DNA of 32,000 nt, from the NCBI GenBank assembly GCA_965234525.1, contig OZ248515.1:1864492-1896491 (forward strand). The letters run 5' to 3'. Made by a program: the position numbers and the translations under genes. Each line of letters opens with the position of its first letter. The stretch's first letter is position 1. The notes beneath the pieces were generated by a model. That model was not told the DNA's origin. It saw only the letters and a program-made list of their open reading frames with translations, and ran no database searches. Source of the DNA: Caulobacteraceae bacterium (GTDB lineage: Bacteria; Pseudomonadota; Alphaproteobacteria; Caulobacterales; Aquidulcibacteraceae). Positions 1-8,333 of this stretch are shown here, piece after piece.

Positions 1-52
1 GGGGACAGGACCGCTTATGGGTAATTGAAGACGCCTTGAAAGAGCTCACATC

Positions 53-952
53 TTGAAACGTGCCATCCTCATGTTGCTGCCGCTCCTGCTCGCCTCCGCC
101 TGTCAACCAGAAGCCGAGGTCAAGAATAGTGAGGCCAAGGTCAATTGCGGTTTGCCGGTCGCACAGCAGGGCGGCTGGGTGAAGATTCCTGCAGGTTCAG
201 TTTCGTTGGGCCAAGACCCGGCCTTCCCAGAAGAAGGCCCGTCCATGCGCGTGCAGGTCAACGGGTTTGAGATGCAAACACATGAAGTGACAAACCGCGA
301 GTTTGCCGCTTTTGTCGCAGCGAAAGCCTATGTCACGGACGCCGAAAAGTCGCTGACCCGCCAAGACGGTGGGGCGGGATCTGCCGTGTTTGAAATTGGC
401 AAAGGCGGCCAGCCCGGGCAGTGGAAACTGGTGCCGGGTGCGACGTGGAAAAGTCCAAGAGGACCCGGGAGCACGATCGAGGGCCAGGACGATAAGCCCG
501 TGATTCATGTCTCCCGCCAGGATGCCAAAGCCTATGCAGCTTGGGCGGGCGGGCGCTTGCCCAGTGAAATTGAGTGGGAATATGCCGCCCAGTCTGGCTT
601 GCCTGATCAGGCCAATACGCGATCTGGTGCTTATGACCCTCAAAAGAAGCCAATTGCCAATACGTGGCAGGGGCTGTTTCCCTTTTTGGATGAAGGCGGC
701 GATGGCTTTCAATCTACCGCGCCGGTGGGCTGCTTTTCGCCCAGCAAACTGGGCCTTTACGATATGATTGGGAACGTCTGGGAATGGACCGAAACACCGT
801 TTCAGGACGGCGTCTCAGGGACAGTGAAGGGTGGGTCTTGGCTGTGTTCAGATAATTTCTGTGGACGCTACCGCCCACAAGCCCGACAGCCGCAAGATAT
901 TGACTTTTCAAGCAACCACATCGGGTTCCGCTTGGTTCGGGACGTGCGATAG
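53..952 (+). CDS. Formylglycine-generating enzyme (FGE/SUMF1 family), exported
   Basis: 299-aa ORF with a TTG start. The N-terminal signal peptide is MKRAILMLLPLLLASAC, possibly a lipoprotein. The C-terminal FGE signature KGGSWLCSDNFCGRYRPQAR...HIGFRLVRD keeps both active-site Cys (CxxxxC). It sits next to two CxPxR sulfatases. Confidence 0.85.
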   Translation: MKRAILMLLPLLLASACQPEAEVKNSEAKVNCGLPVAQQGGWVKIPAGSVSLGQDPAFPEEGPSMRVQVNGFEMQTHEVTNREFAAFVAAKAYVTDAEKSLTRQDGGAGSAVFEIGKGGQPGQWKLVPGATWKSPRGPGSTIEGQDDKPVIHVSRQDAKAYAAWAGGRLPSEIEWEYAAQSGLPDQANTRSGAYDPQKKPIANTWQGLFPFLDEGGDGFQSTAPVGCFSPSKLGLYDMIGNVWEWTETPFQDGVSGTVKGGSWLCSDNFCGRYRPQARQPQDIDFSSNHIGFRLVRDVR

Positions 953-992
953 ACAGGAAGAAAAGGGCCGCGACTAAAAAGGTTTTGGTTGT

Positions 993-1020
993 TTGACAGG
1001 CTGATTATTGCACTTATAGT
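993..1020 (+). promoter_or_regulatory. Near-consensus sigma70-type promoter upstream of the MBL/sulfatase genes
   Basis: TTGACA at 993-998, a 16-nt spacer, then TATAGT at 1015-1020, about 43 nt upstream of the ATG at 1063. TGTCAA at 1020-1025 is the inverted copy of the -35 hexamer. Confidence 0.4.
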
Positions 1021-1062
1021 GTCAATATAGCGACTTGCCGTTAAGCCGTTGATGAGGTTGCC

Positions 1063-2145
1063 ATGAAAGCCAAGCTACTTCTTGTTATTGTCGCGGGGCT
1101 CCTTGCCTGCGGGGCCGCAGTCGGGTTCTTGAACCGGGATAAGATTGCCCTTGCCGTGCTAGAGCGCGGTGCCGATCAAGCCCTTGCTAATCCAACCATC
1201 GAAGGGTTGAAGACTGGGCTACATGCAGGTTTTTGCGGGACTGGTTCGCCCATGCCAGACCGTGATCGCGCCGGTCCTTGCTTGGCCATTATCGCAGGCG
1301 GCAAGCTCTTTGTGTTTGATGCGGGAGAAGGATCGGCTGAAACGCTCAATCTGATGGGTTTGCCGACCGGCCAAGTGCAGGCCGTGTTCTTAACGCATTT
1401 CCACTCAGACCATATCGATGGTCTGGGCGGTTTGGGTTTACAACGCTGGGCGTCCAGCTCCGCCAAGTCGCCTTTGCCGCTTTATGGGCCCACCGGGGTC
1501 GAACAGATCGCGGCAGGCCTTAGCCAAGTCTATGCCCAAGACCGCGGTTACCGCGTCGCCCATCATGGCGCAGCGATTGTTCCACCCTCGGGCTTTGGAT
1601 TCGACGCTAAGCCCTTTGCGGCTCCGGCTATTGGGTCAGAAGCTGTCGTCTATGAACAGGATGGGCTGAAAATCATTGCCTTTGGCGTAGATCACCGCCC
1701 AATCGAGCCAGCGCTTGGCTACCGGATTGAATATGGCGGGCAGAAGATTGTTATCAGCGGCGACACAAAGGCATGTGACTGTGTGACCAAGGCTGCGCAA
1801 GGAGCCAATCTGTTGGTGCATGAGGCCATAGCTCCGAATCTCACCCAAATCATGGGCAAAGCCGCCAAGGATTCAGGACAGGCGGGTGTCAGCCAAGTCT
1901 TCCACGATATTGAGAATTACCACGCAACCCCTAGCCAGATCGCGGATACTGCCAATAGCGCCAAGGTCGGTGGCGTAGCCTTGACCCATATCGTGCCCGC
2001 TCTGCCGCTCAAGGCCTTGGAAGGGCCATTTTTGGGCGATGCCAAGCAGAAGTTTAAGGGGCCGTTCTGGATCATGCAGGATGGTGACTTAGTCTCGCTG
2101 GATAGTCAGGGCAAACTTTCGAAGCGTCATGTCTTGCGCAATTGA
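1063..2145 (+). CDS. MBL-fold metallo-hydrolase (AtsA/ElaC-like), exported or membrane-anchored
   Basis: 360-aa ORF. It has the HxHxDH metal motif (LTHFHSDHIDG) and later conserved His/Asp residues (SGDT, LVHEA, LTH). The N-terminal hydrophobic segment is MKAKLLLVIVAGLLACGAAVG, where LLAC is lipobox-like. Confidence 0.8.
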   Translation: MKAKLLLVIVAGLLACGAAVGFLNRDKIALAVLERGADQALANPTIEGLKTGLHAGFCGTGSPMPDRDRAGPCLAIIAGGKLFVFDAGEGSAETLNLMGLPTGQVQAVFLTHFHSDHIDGLGGLGLQRWASSSAKSPLPLYGPTGVEQIAAGLSQVYAQDRGYRVAHHGAAIVPPSGFGFDAKPFAAPAIGSEAVVYEQDGLKIIAFGVDHRPIEPALGYRIEYGGQKIVISGDTKACDCVTKAAQGANLLVHEAIAPNLTQIMGKAAKDSGQAGVSQVFHDIENYHATPSQIADTANSAKVGGVALTHIVPALPLKALEGPFLGDAKQKFKGPFWIMQDGDLVSLDSQGKLSKRHVLRN

Positions 2146-2193
2146 GGTAGGTCGTGATGGTGACTGGAATTGTCTTGACCCTTCGCACATCCA

Positions 2194-4068
2194 ATGACAA
2201 TCATCGTGTCAAAACAACGAACTGGTTTGGGGGCGACAGTGGGCGAAACTAACAAACATCTGTTTGGCTGGATACGCGTGGCTGGCGCCGCACTGTGTTC
2301 TTTGGCTCTCATTGCAGGTGCAGGGTCCGCAGCTGGGCAAGCAAGTCCCAAAGGTCCGGCGACCAAGCCCAAGCCCAATGTTGTTATCATCCTGTTTGAT
2401 GACGCCGCCTTGATGGATCTGGGTGTTTATGGCGGCGAGGCCAAGACGCCGAACATTGATGCGCTTGCCCGTCGGGGCACACGCTTTAACCGGTATTCCA
2501 CCTCGCCCCTCTGTTCGCCTTCCCGCGCGATGTTGTTGACGGGCCTGACCAATCATCAGGCCGGGGTTGCGACGATCAAAGAAGTGATTCCGAAAGAACA
2601 TGTCGGCAAGCCCGGCTATGGTCTGCATTTGGAGCCCAATGCCGCCACCTTGCCAGAGCGTCTGCGCCTTGCTGGCTATCGAACGTTCATGAGTGGCAAG
2701 TGGCATTTAGGCGATGGGCCGGGGCAATTGCCCGGCTCCCGCGGCTTTGACCGATCGTTCGCCCTTGATGCTTCGGGTGCCGATAACTGGGATGATAGGT
2801 CCTACATGCCGTTTTATAACGAGGCACCTTGGTTTGAGGATGATAAGCCCACCTCTTATCCCAGTGGCCAGTTCTCTTCGACGGTGATCGTCAACAAGAT
2901 GCTGGACTATCTGGTCGCGCGACCAAAAGACGATAAACCCTTTTTGGCTTATGTCGCCTTGCAAGCCGTCCACATCCCGGTGCAAGCGCCACGCGAATAT
3001 ACCCAAAAATATGCCGGTCGGTTTGATGGTGGTTGGGATCAATTGCGCAAAGACCGGTTTGAGCGCGCCAAGGCTTTGGGCCTTGTGTCAAAAGATGCCA
3101 AAGCACCCGCGATGCATCCAAGCATGCGTGCTTGGGACAGTTTGAGTGCGGACGAAAAGAGGATGCAGGCCAAGGCGATGGAAGTCTATGCCGGCATGAT
3201 CGAGGCAACCGATGTGGAGATTGGCCGTCTGGTTGCGTATTTGGAGAAGACGGGCGAGCTTGAGAATACGATCTTTGTTATCACCTCCGACAACGGCCCA
3301 GAGCCCAGCAATCCAGGTGGCGAGCGCGGCTTTAATCTTTGGATGAAGACACACGGCTTTACGCGCGAATTGGCTAATCTGGGCGAACGCGGCAGCCATA
3401 ATTGGATCGGACCGGAGTGGGCGAGTGCTTTGGCAACGCCTAGCTATTTGTTCAAATTCTATACTTCCAGCGGTGGCCTACATGTGCCGATGCTGATGGC
3501 TGGCCCCGGCATTGCCGCCGACAAGGCCGTCAATGCAGCAGCCTTTGTGCAAGATATAACACCGACCCTGATCGACCTTGTTGGCGGTGCACCCACTATC
3601 CCCGATGCTAAGCCAATTTCCGGGCGTAGCCTTGCACCCGTGCTGACAGGGCAAGCGGAAGCTGTTTATGGCCCGAATGACGCCGTGGGGGTGGAGGTTT
3701 CTGGCAATGCGGCCATCACCAAGGGCGATTACACGCTGGTGAAATACAACCCCCCTTATGGCGACAATCAGTGGCGGCTCTATCATGTCGTCAATGATCC
3801 GGGCCAAACAACGGACTTGTCGGCGCAATTGCCCGAAGTCCGCGCTGATCTTGAGCGCGCTTATGCGGCTTATGCAAAGGCCAATGGCGTTCTTGAATTG
3901 CCCAAGGGCTATAAGGTTCAACGTCAGGCAGCGCACAATAGCATTATGCGTCAGTTGAGCTTTTATGGCTGGCAGCTGGCGGGGCTAGGCCTCATTCTGG
4001 TCCTTACAATATTCGCCCTCATTCGTATCGCATTCGCCTATATCGCGCGTAAAAAGAAAGCTGCCTGA
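2194..4068 (+). CDS. Cys-type S1 arylsulfatase with C-terminal transmembrane anchor
   Basis: 624 aa. The sulfatase signature I is PLCSPSRAMLLTG, with the Cys codon at 2512-2514. Signature II is GYRTFMSGKWHLG. There is an N-terminal signal-like segment and a C-terminal TM helix followed by RKKKAA. Confidence 0.9.
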   Translation: MTIIVSKQRTGLGATVGETNKHLFGWIRVAGAALCSLALIAGAGSAAGQASPKGPATKPKPNVVIILFDDAALMDLGVYGGEAKTPNIDALARRGTRFNRYSTSPLCSPSRAMLLTGLTNHQAGVATIKEVIPKEHVGKPGYGLHLEPNAATLPERLRLAGYRTFMSGKWHLGDGPGQLPGSRGFDRSFALDASGADNWDDRSYMPFYNEAPWFEDDKPTSYPSGQFSSTVIVNKMLDYLVARPKDDKPFLAYVALQAVHIPVQAPREYTQKYAGRFDGGWDQLRKDRFERAKALGLVSKDAKAPAMHPSMRAWDSLSADEKRMQAKAMEVYAGMIEATDVEIGRLVAYLEKTGELENTIFVITSDNGPEPSNPGGERGFNLWMKTHGFTRELANLGERGSHNWIGPEWASALATPSYLFKFYTSSGGLHVPMLMAGPGIAADKAVNAAAFVQDITPTLIDLVGGAPTIPDAKPISGRSLAPVLTGQAEAVYGPNDAVGVEVSGNAAITKGDYTLVKYNPPYGDNQWRLYHVVNDPGQTTDLSAQLPEVRADLERAYAAYAKANGVLELPKGYKVQRQAAHNSIMRQLSFYGWQLAGLGLILVLTIFALIRIAFAYIARKKKAA

Positions 4069-5114
4069 TGTCTGATACCTCAGCCTCATCCCGTCTCCAC
4101 GTCTTAGGGGCTGCAGGTTCGCCTTACACCCGTAAAGTCATCGCGGCCCTGCGCTATCGCCACATTCCCTATGCGCTGCATTGGGGCAGTCATCGCAGCC
4201 CGATGCCGGGCTTCCCCGAAGCCAAAGTAAAACTCCTACCCACCGTGTATTTCCCGCAGGCCGGTGGTGGCTATGAAGCGCAAGTCGACTCCACGCCCAT
4301 TCTGGCAAGGCTTGAGCGGGAGTTTGCCGGTCGCGCCTTGGTGCCGAGCGATCCGGTTATCGCCTTTCTCGATCATCTGATCGAAGACTTTGCCGATGAA
4401 TGGCTGACGAAGGCGATGTTCCATTATCGCTGGGCACGCGAGGCCGATATTGCCCATGCGGGTCCGCAATTGATTTTCTGGCATGACACGACAACGTCTA
4501 ATGCGGACGCCAAAGCCGCCTCTGACTTTATCTCCAAGCGCCAGATTGATCGCCTCTATGTCGTGGGTTCAAATGCCGTCACAGCGACGACAATCGAACA
4601 ATCGTATGAGCGATTAGTCGATGTGCTGGAGGCCCTCATCCAGCCCGCAGGCTTCGTTTTGGGCGCAAGGCCCGGTACCGCTGACTTTGGTCTCTATGGT
4701 CAGCTGACGCAGCTAGGTGTGGTTGATCCAACCCCCGCTGCCTTGTGCGCCGAACGTGCCCCGCGCCTGCGCGCTTGGATCGACCGGATGGAAGACCTCT
4801 CAGGCCTTGAGCCTCAAGACACGGACTGGCTTGCCCGCGATCAGGCGCAAGCGCGTCTCGCGCCGCTTCTCGCCGAGATTGGCCGCGTTTATGTGCCATT
4901 CCTTCACGCCAATGCTAAAGCCGCTCAAGCTGGGGAGGCAAGCTTTGAAACCGTCATTGATGGACGAGTCTGGACGCAACCAACCTTTGCCTATCAGGCG
5001 AAATGTCTAGTTTGGCTCAAAGACCATGCAAAGTCCTTGTCCGGCCCTGATGCTGAGGTTTGCCGCACAATCCTATCGGGCACAGGATGTGAGGCGCTGT
5101 TCGATGCTAACTGA
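4068..5114 (+). CDS. Glutathione S-transferase family protein (long, about 350 aa form)
   Basis: 348 aa. The N-terminal part is thioredoxin-like GST-N (GSPYTRKV..., DSTPIL). The helical GST-C part includes GARPGTADFGLYGQL. No signal peptide. The ATG overlaps the upstream sulfatase stop (TGATG at 4066-4070). Confidence 0.8.
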   Translation: MSDTSASSRLHVLGAAGSPYTRKVIAALRYRHIPYALHWGSHRSPMPGFPEAKVKLLPTVYFPQAGGGYEAQVDSTPILARLEREFAGRALVPSDPVIAFLDHLIEDFADEWLTKAMFHYRWAREADIAHAGPQLIFWHDTTTSNADAKAASDFISKRQIDRLYVVGSNAVTATTIEQSYERLVDVLEALIQPAGFVLGARPGTADFGLYGQLTQLGVVDPTPAALCAERAPRLRAWIDRMEDLSGLEPQDTDWLARDQAQARLAPLLAEIGRVYVPFLHANAKAAQAGEASFETVIDGRVWTQPTFAYQAKCLVWLKDHAKSLSGPDAEVCRTILSGTGCEALFDAN

Positions 5115-5140
5115 GAATATGATTGGGGGAGATTGACGTC

Positions 5141-6808
5141 ATGCTGAAGAAAATCCTGCTGGGTGGTTTGGTTGCCATCGTGGGCTTAGGCGCGCTGGCT
5201 TATGTGAAGCGCGTGGATCTGGTGCTGGCACTCGCCGCTTCCCAAAAGCGCACCGATATTCCCGCCAATAAACCCATCGCTTGGATGCAGGGACCGGCCG
5301 CGGCGCAAGCCACTGAAGGCGACCGTCCGCCCAATATTATTTTCATTCTGGCTGATGATTTAGGTTATAATGACATCTCGACCTTTGGCGGCGGGCTCGG
5401 CAATGGCAAAATCAAAACCCCAAACATTGATGCGTTAGCGGCTTCAGGTGTCGCATTCCGTCAGGCCTATTCAGGCACCGCAAGCTGTGCACCGTCGCGC
5501 GCGATGATCATGACTGGGCGTTATCCAACCCGCACAGGGTTTGAGTTCACCCCAACGCCAGATGGTATGGGCCGGATTGTAAAAATGGTATCCGACTCCA
5601 TGCGTGGAGAAAGTGGTATGCCGCCCGCCATCTATCATGCCGACCGTGTGGCTGAGATGCCAAAGTACGACAAACAAGGTTTGCCAGGCTCAGAAGTCAC
5701 AATCGCAGAAGTCTTGAAGACGCGTGGCTATCACACCGTTCATATTGGTAAGTGGCACACTGGACTTGGCCCTGAATTTGGAGCCAACGCCCAAGGCTTT
5801 GACGAAAGCCTGTTGATGGCAAGCGGCCTGCATCTACCCGAAGATGACCCAAATGCTGTCAACGCAAAGCTCGAATTTGACCCAATCGACAAATTCTTAT
5901 GGGCGCGCATGGAATATGCGGCATCTTACAATGATGGGGAATGGTTCAAACCACGCGGCTATCTCGCCGATTATTGGACCGATGAAGCGATTGAAGTTAT
6001 CAAGGCCAACAAAAATCGACCCTTCTTTATCAATCTTTCGCATTGGACCGTGCACACGCCCTTGCAAGCCACGAAAGCTGATTATGATGCGGTGGGGCCG
6101 ATGAGCTCTGAGCGCGAGCGGGTCTATGCGGCGATGATCGTGTCGCTAGACCGAAGCATCGGGAGGATTGTCGCGACCTTGAAAGAACAAGGCATGGCCG
6201 ACAACACCTTGATCGTGTTTTCAAGCGACAATGGTGGCCCGGGCTATATTGGTCTGCCAGAGATCAACAAGCCTTTCCGGGGCTGGAAACTCTCGCTGTT
6301 TGAGGGAGGCATTCGCGTGCCCATGTTCATGTCTTGGCCTGGGAAAATTCCTGCGGGCACGCAAGTACAAGCCCCCGTCGCCCATATTGATCTGATGCCA
6401 ACATTGGCGGCAGCAGCTGGGGCAGCACTTCCTAAGGGCGTTGCGATTGATGGCGTCAACATTCTACCCCACGCCAAAGGTAAGGCCGGAAATGCGCGTC
6501 CGCATGAAACCATCTTCTGGCAGAGCGATGGCTACCGGGTTGTGCGTTATCTGGATTGGAAACTGCAACTGATCGAAAAGCCCGGTGCTGTCTATCTCTA
6601 CGATCTGGCCACCGACCCAACCGAGAAAACCAATCTAGCAGCGGCCCGACCTGACATGGTCGCCAAACTTCGGAAGTTGTTAGATGACCATAAGGCCGGT
6701 GGTCGCAAACCGCTTTACCCAGCCACACTGGAAGGTCCTATCGCTATTGACCGGGCTTTAGGGACTAAGGCTACTAAGGATGAGGTCATCGCGTATTGGC
6801 CGAATTAG
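5141..6808 (+). CDS. Cys-type S1 sulfatase, N-terminally membrane-anchored
   Basis: Signature SCAPSRAMIMTGRYP (Cys codon at 5486-5488) and GYHTVHIGKWHTG. I chose the ATG at 5141 (MLKKILLGGLVAIVGLGALAY) because GGGGGAG lies 9 nt upstream. The ORF track starts at TTG 5123. Confidence 0.9.
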   Translation: MLKKILLGGLVAIVGLGALAYVKRVDLVLALAASQKRTDIPANKPIAWMQGPAAAQATEGDRPPNIIFILADDLGYNDISTFGGGLGNGKIKTPNIDALAASGVAFRQAYSGTASCAPSRAMIMTGRYPTRTGFEFTPTPDGMGRIVKMVSDSMRGESGMPPAIYHADRVAEMPKYDKQGLPGSEVTIAEVLKTRGYHTVHIGKWHTGLGPEFGANAQGFDESLLMASGLHLPEDDPNAVNAKLEFDPIDKFLWARMEYAASYNDGEWFKPRGYLADYWTDEAIEVIKANKNRPFFINLSHWTVHTPLQATKADYDAVGPMSSERERVYAAMIVSLDRSIGRIVATLKEQGMADNTLIVFSSDNGGPGYIGLPEINKPFRGWKLSLFEGGIRVPMFMSWPGKIPAGTQVQAPVAHIDLMPTLAAAAGAALPKGVAIDGVNILPHAKGKAGNARPHETIFWQSDGYRVVRYLDWKLQLIEKPGAVYLYDLATDPTEKTNLAAARPDMVAKLRKLLDDHKAGGRKPLYPATLEGPIAIDRALGTKATKDEVIAYWPN

Positions 6809-8262
6809 GTCCGATCTGCGTCGGGCGGAGCAGTAGCTGCCGGCGTTGATTGCGCGCTCACTTGAGACGGCGCTTCAGACTGAGGCGCCGGATCAGGTTG
6901 GCCATTTCGCTGCTGAGCTGCCGTCACCAAGAATTGCATTGCCTCCCGATTGGCGAGGCCAGCGGCCACCGCAATAGCGGCGAGGAGCTTAGGGTCTAGG
7001 TTAGCCGCCGGGCCTTCTTCGCCGCCGACAACAGCCCCTGTGGTCATTAGGCCCAGCCAGGTTAAAAGGCCCACAGCCGCCCCTAAGAACGCACCTAGCA
7101 GCAGAGAATCCTTCACGCTGAGGAAGGCAACATCCTCTTCCAACGCGCTGTATTTGACCCAAGCAGACCGATAGGCACCGCCGACCGCCCCAGTCGTTAA
7201 AGACAAAAGGATGGTTAAGGCCAGGGCAGGTGCCGTCAATAGGGTTCGAAAGCAGTAGTCAAACAAGCCTTCAATCGGAAAAAAGAGATAGGTTGCAAGA
7301 AAGGTTTGAACCTTCAACATGTCTTTGCTGGGACAATGAGGTTCGCAGCTGAAGCCGCGTGCGTCATCCTTTGTCAGAAAACTCAAAAGTAGCCGGGTGG
7401 CCTCCAGCGACGCAGGATTTCGCAGGGCGGGATCTGAATCACGCTGGGTCTTTAGCGCAGCGATTTGGTCAGAGAGCGTTTTTTGAAGCGCATTTAAGTC
7501 TTCAAGCCGCTTCTTCGCCCCTTCATGAAGGCTTACATAGGCAATAACGTTGGAATAGCTGCACTCCTTTGCTTGATCGGGCTTCAGAAGCGTACCTGTT
7601 GGGAGGGTGCAATAATCCCGCAAATTCTTGATAAAGGCCTCGTCGCCCTTAACGGCAGAGGAAGCGAGTTGATACAAGGGGATCACCGTCAAAGGAGTCG
7701 ATTTGGCTTGCGCCGATTCGGCGTTGTTTTGGCCTAGGTCTGATGAGCCGCACGCGGGGGTTGCGCCGGCATCTTTGCTGATCTCGCCATACACTTTGCT
7801 CAGGAATCTTTGGGTCAAGACACCAACGCGCTGATCAGCTGGTAATCCCTCATCTGCTTCAACCGCTTTGATATAGTGTGAATAATAGCATTGAAACAGG
7901 ATCCGTCTGAATTGTACGCGCGCGGCATATTCGACTCTGCTCAATCGATCTAAATCTGCGACAGCTTGAACATATTTGGTGGTGATGCGTGCGCGCTCTT
8001 CATTGAGGGCTTTTTCTTGCTGTTCCAGCAGATTCAGATTTGCTGCAGCTGTATACATGGCTTGTCCGCCGTACGCGCCAGCCACATCCGCTTGCCGAAA
8101 GCTTCTCGCCATATCCGCGCAAACCAGAATGGATGTCGCGATCAACGTGATACCAACGAGGAAGACGGCTTGTAAAACTAGGTCGATATTCGAGGCGGCA
8201 GTCTTGTTATTGGTAACGATTTCATCTGGCTGGGTCTCTAGTATCGTCACGATCAAATCCAA
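6805..8262 (-). CDS. Hypothetical membrane protein, no family recognised
   Basis: 485-aa uninterrupted ORF. It has one N-terminal TM helix, an approximately 290-aa Cys-containing coiled-coil-rich region, Gly/Ala-rich C-terminal TM helices and a Pro/Ser/Ala/Gln tail. The start is non-ATG (TTG 8262 or GVG-type GTG 8250). Function is unknown. Confidence 0.65.
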   Translation of the reverse strand: MDLIVTILETQPDEIVTNNKTAASNIDLVLQAVFLVGITLIATSILVCADMARSFRQADVAGAYGGQAMYTAAANLNLLEQQEKALNEERARITTKYVQAVADLDRLSRVEYAARVQFRRILFQCYYSHYIKAVEADEGLPADQRVGVLTQRFLSKVYGEISKDAGATPACGSSDLGQNNAESAQAKSTPLTVIPLYQLASSAVKGDEAFIKNLRDYCTLPTGTLLKPDQAKECSYSNVIAYVSLHEGAKKRLEDLNALQKTLSDQIAALKTQRDSDPALRNPASLEATRLLLSFLTKDDARGFSCEPHCPSKDMLKVQTFLATYLFFPIEGLFDYCFRTLLTAPALALTILLSLTTGAVGGAYRSAWVKYSALEEDVAFLSVKDSLLLGAFLGAAVGLLTWLGLMTTGAVVGGEEGPAANLDPKLLAAIAVAAGLANREAMQFLVTAAQQRNGQPDPAPQSEAPSQVSAQSTPAATAPPDADRT

Positions 8263-8311
8263 TCTCGCCTAAAACTATTTCCTTGCAGTCTACCATAAAT
8301 TATTAATCTGC

Positions 8312-8333
8312 AAAGTCTTATTTAAAAGTCTTA
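8312..8333. repeat. Tandem direct repeat AAAGTCTTA (x2, 13-bp period) in AT-rich divergent promoter region
   Basis: AAAGTCTTA occurs at 8312-8320 and again at 8325-8333. Both lie inside the visibly AT-rich 8263-8429 intergenic region between the hypothetical membrane gene and the epoxide hydrolase gene. Confidence 0.5.

Noticed and set aside
1063-2145. Annotating the MBL protein as RNase Z
   Set aside because: The N-terminal hydrophobic export or anchor segment and the sulfatase-operon context argue against a cytoplasmic tRNA-processing role. I kept the call as a generic MBL-fold hydrolase with an AtsA-like hypothesis.
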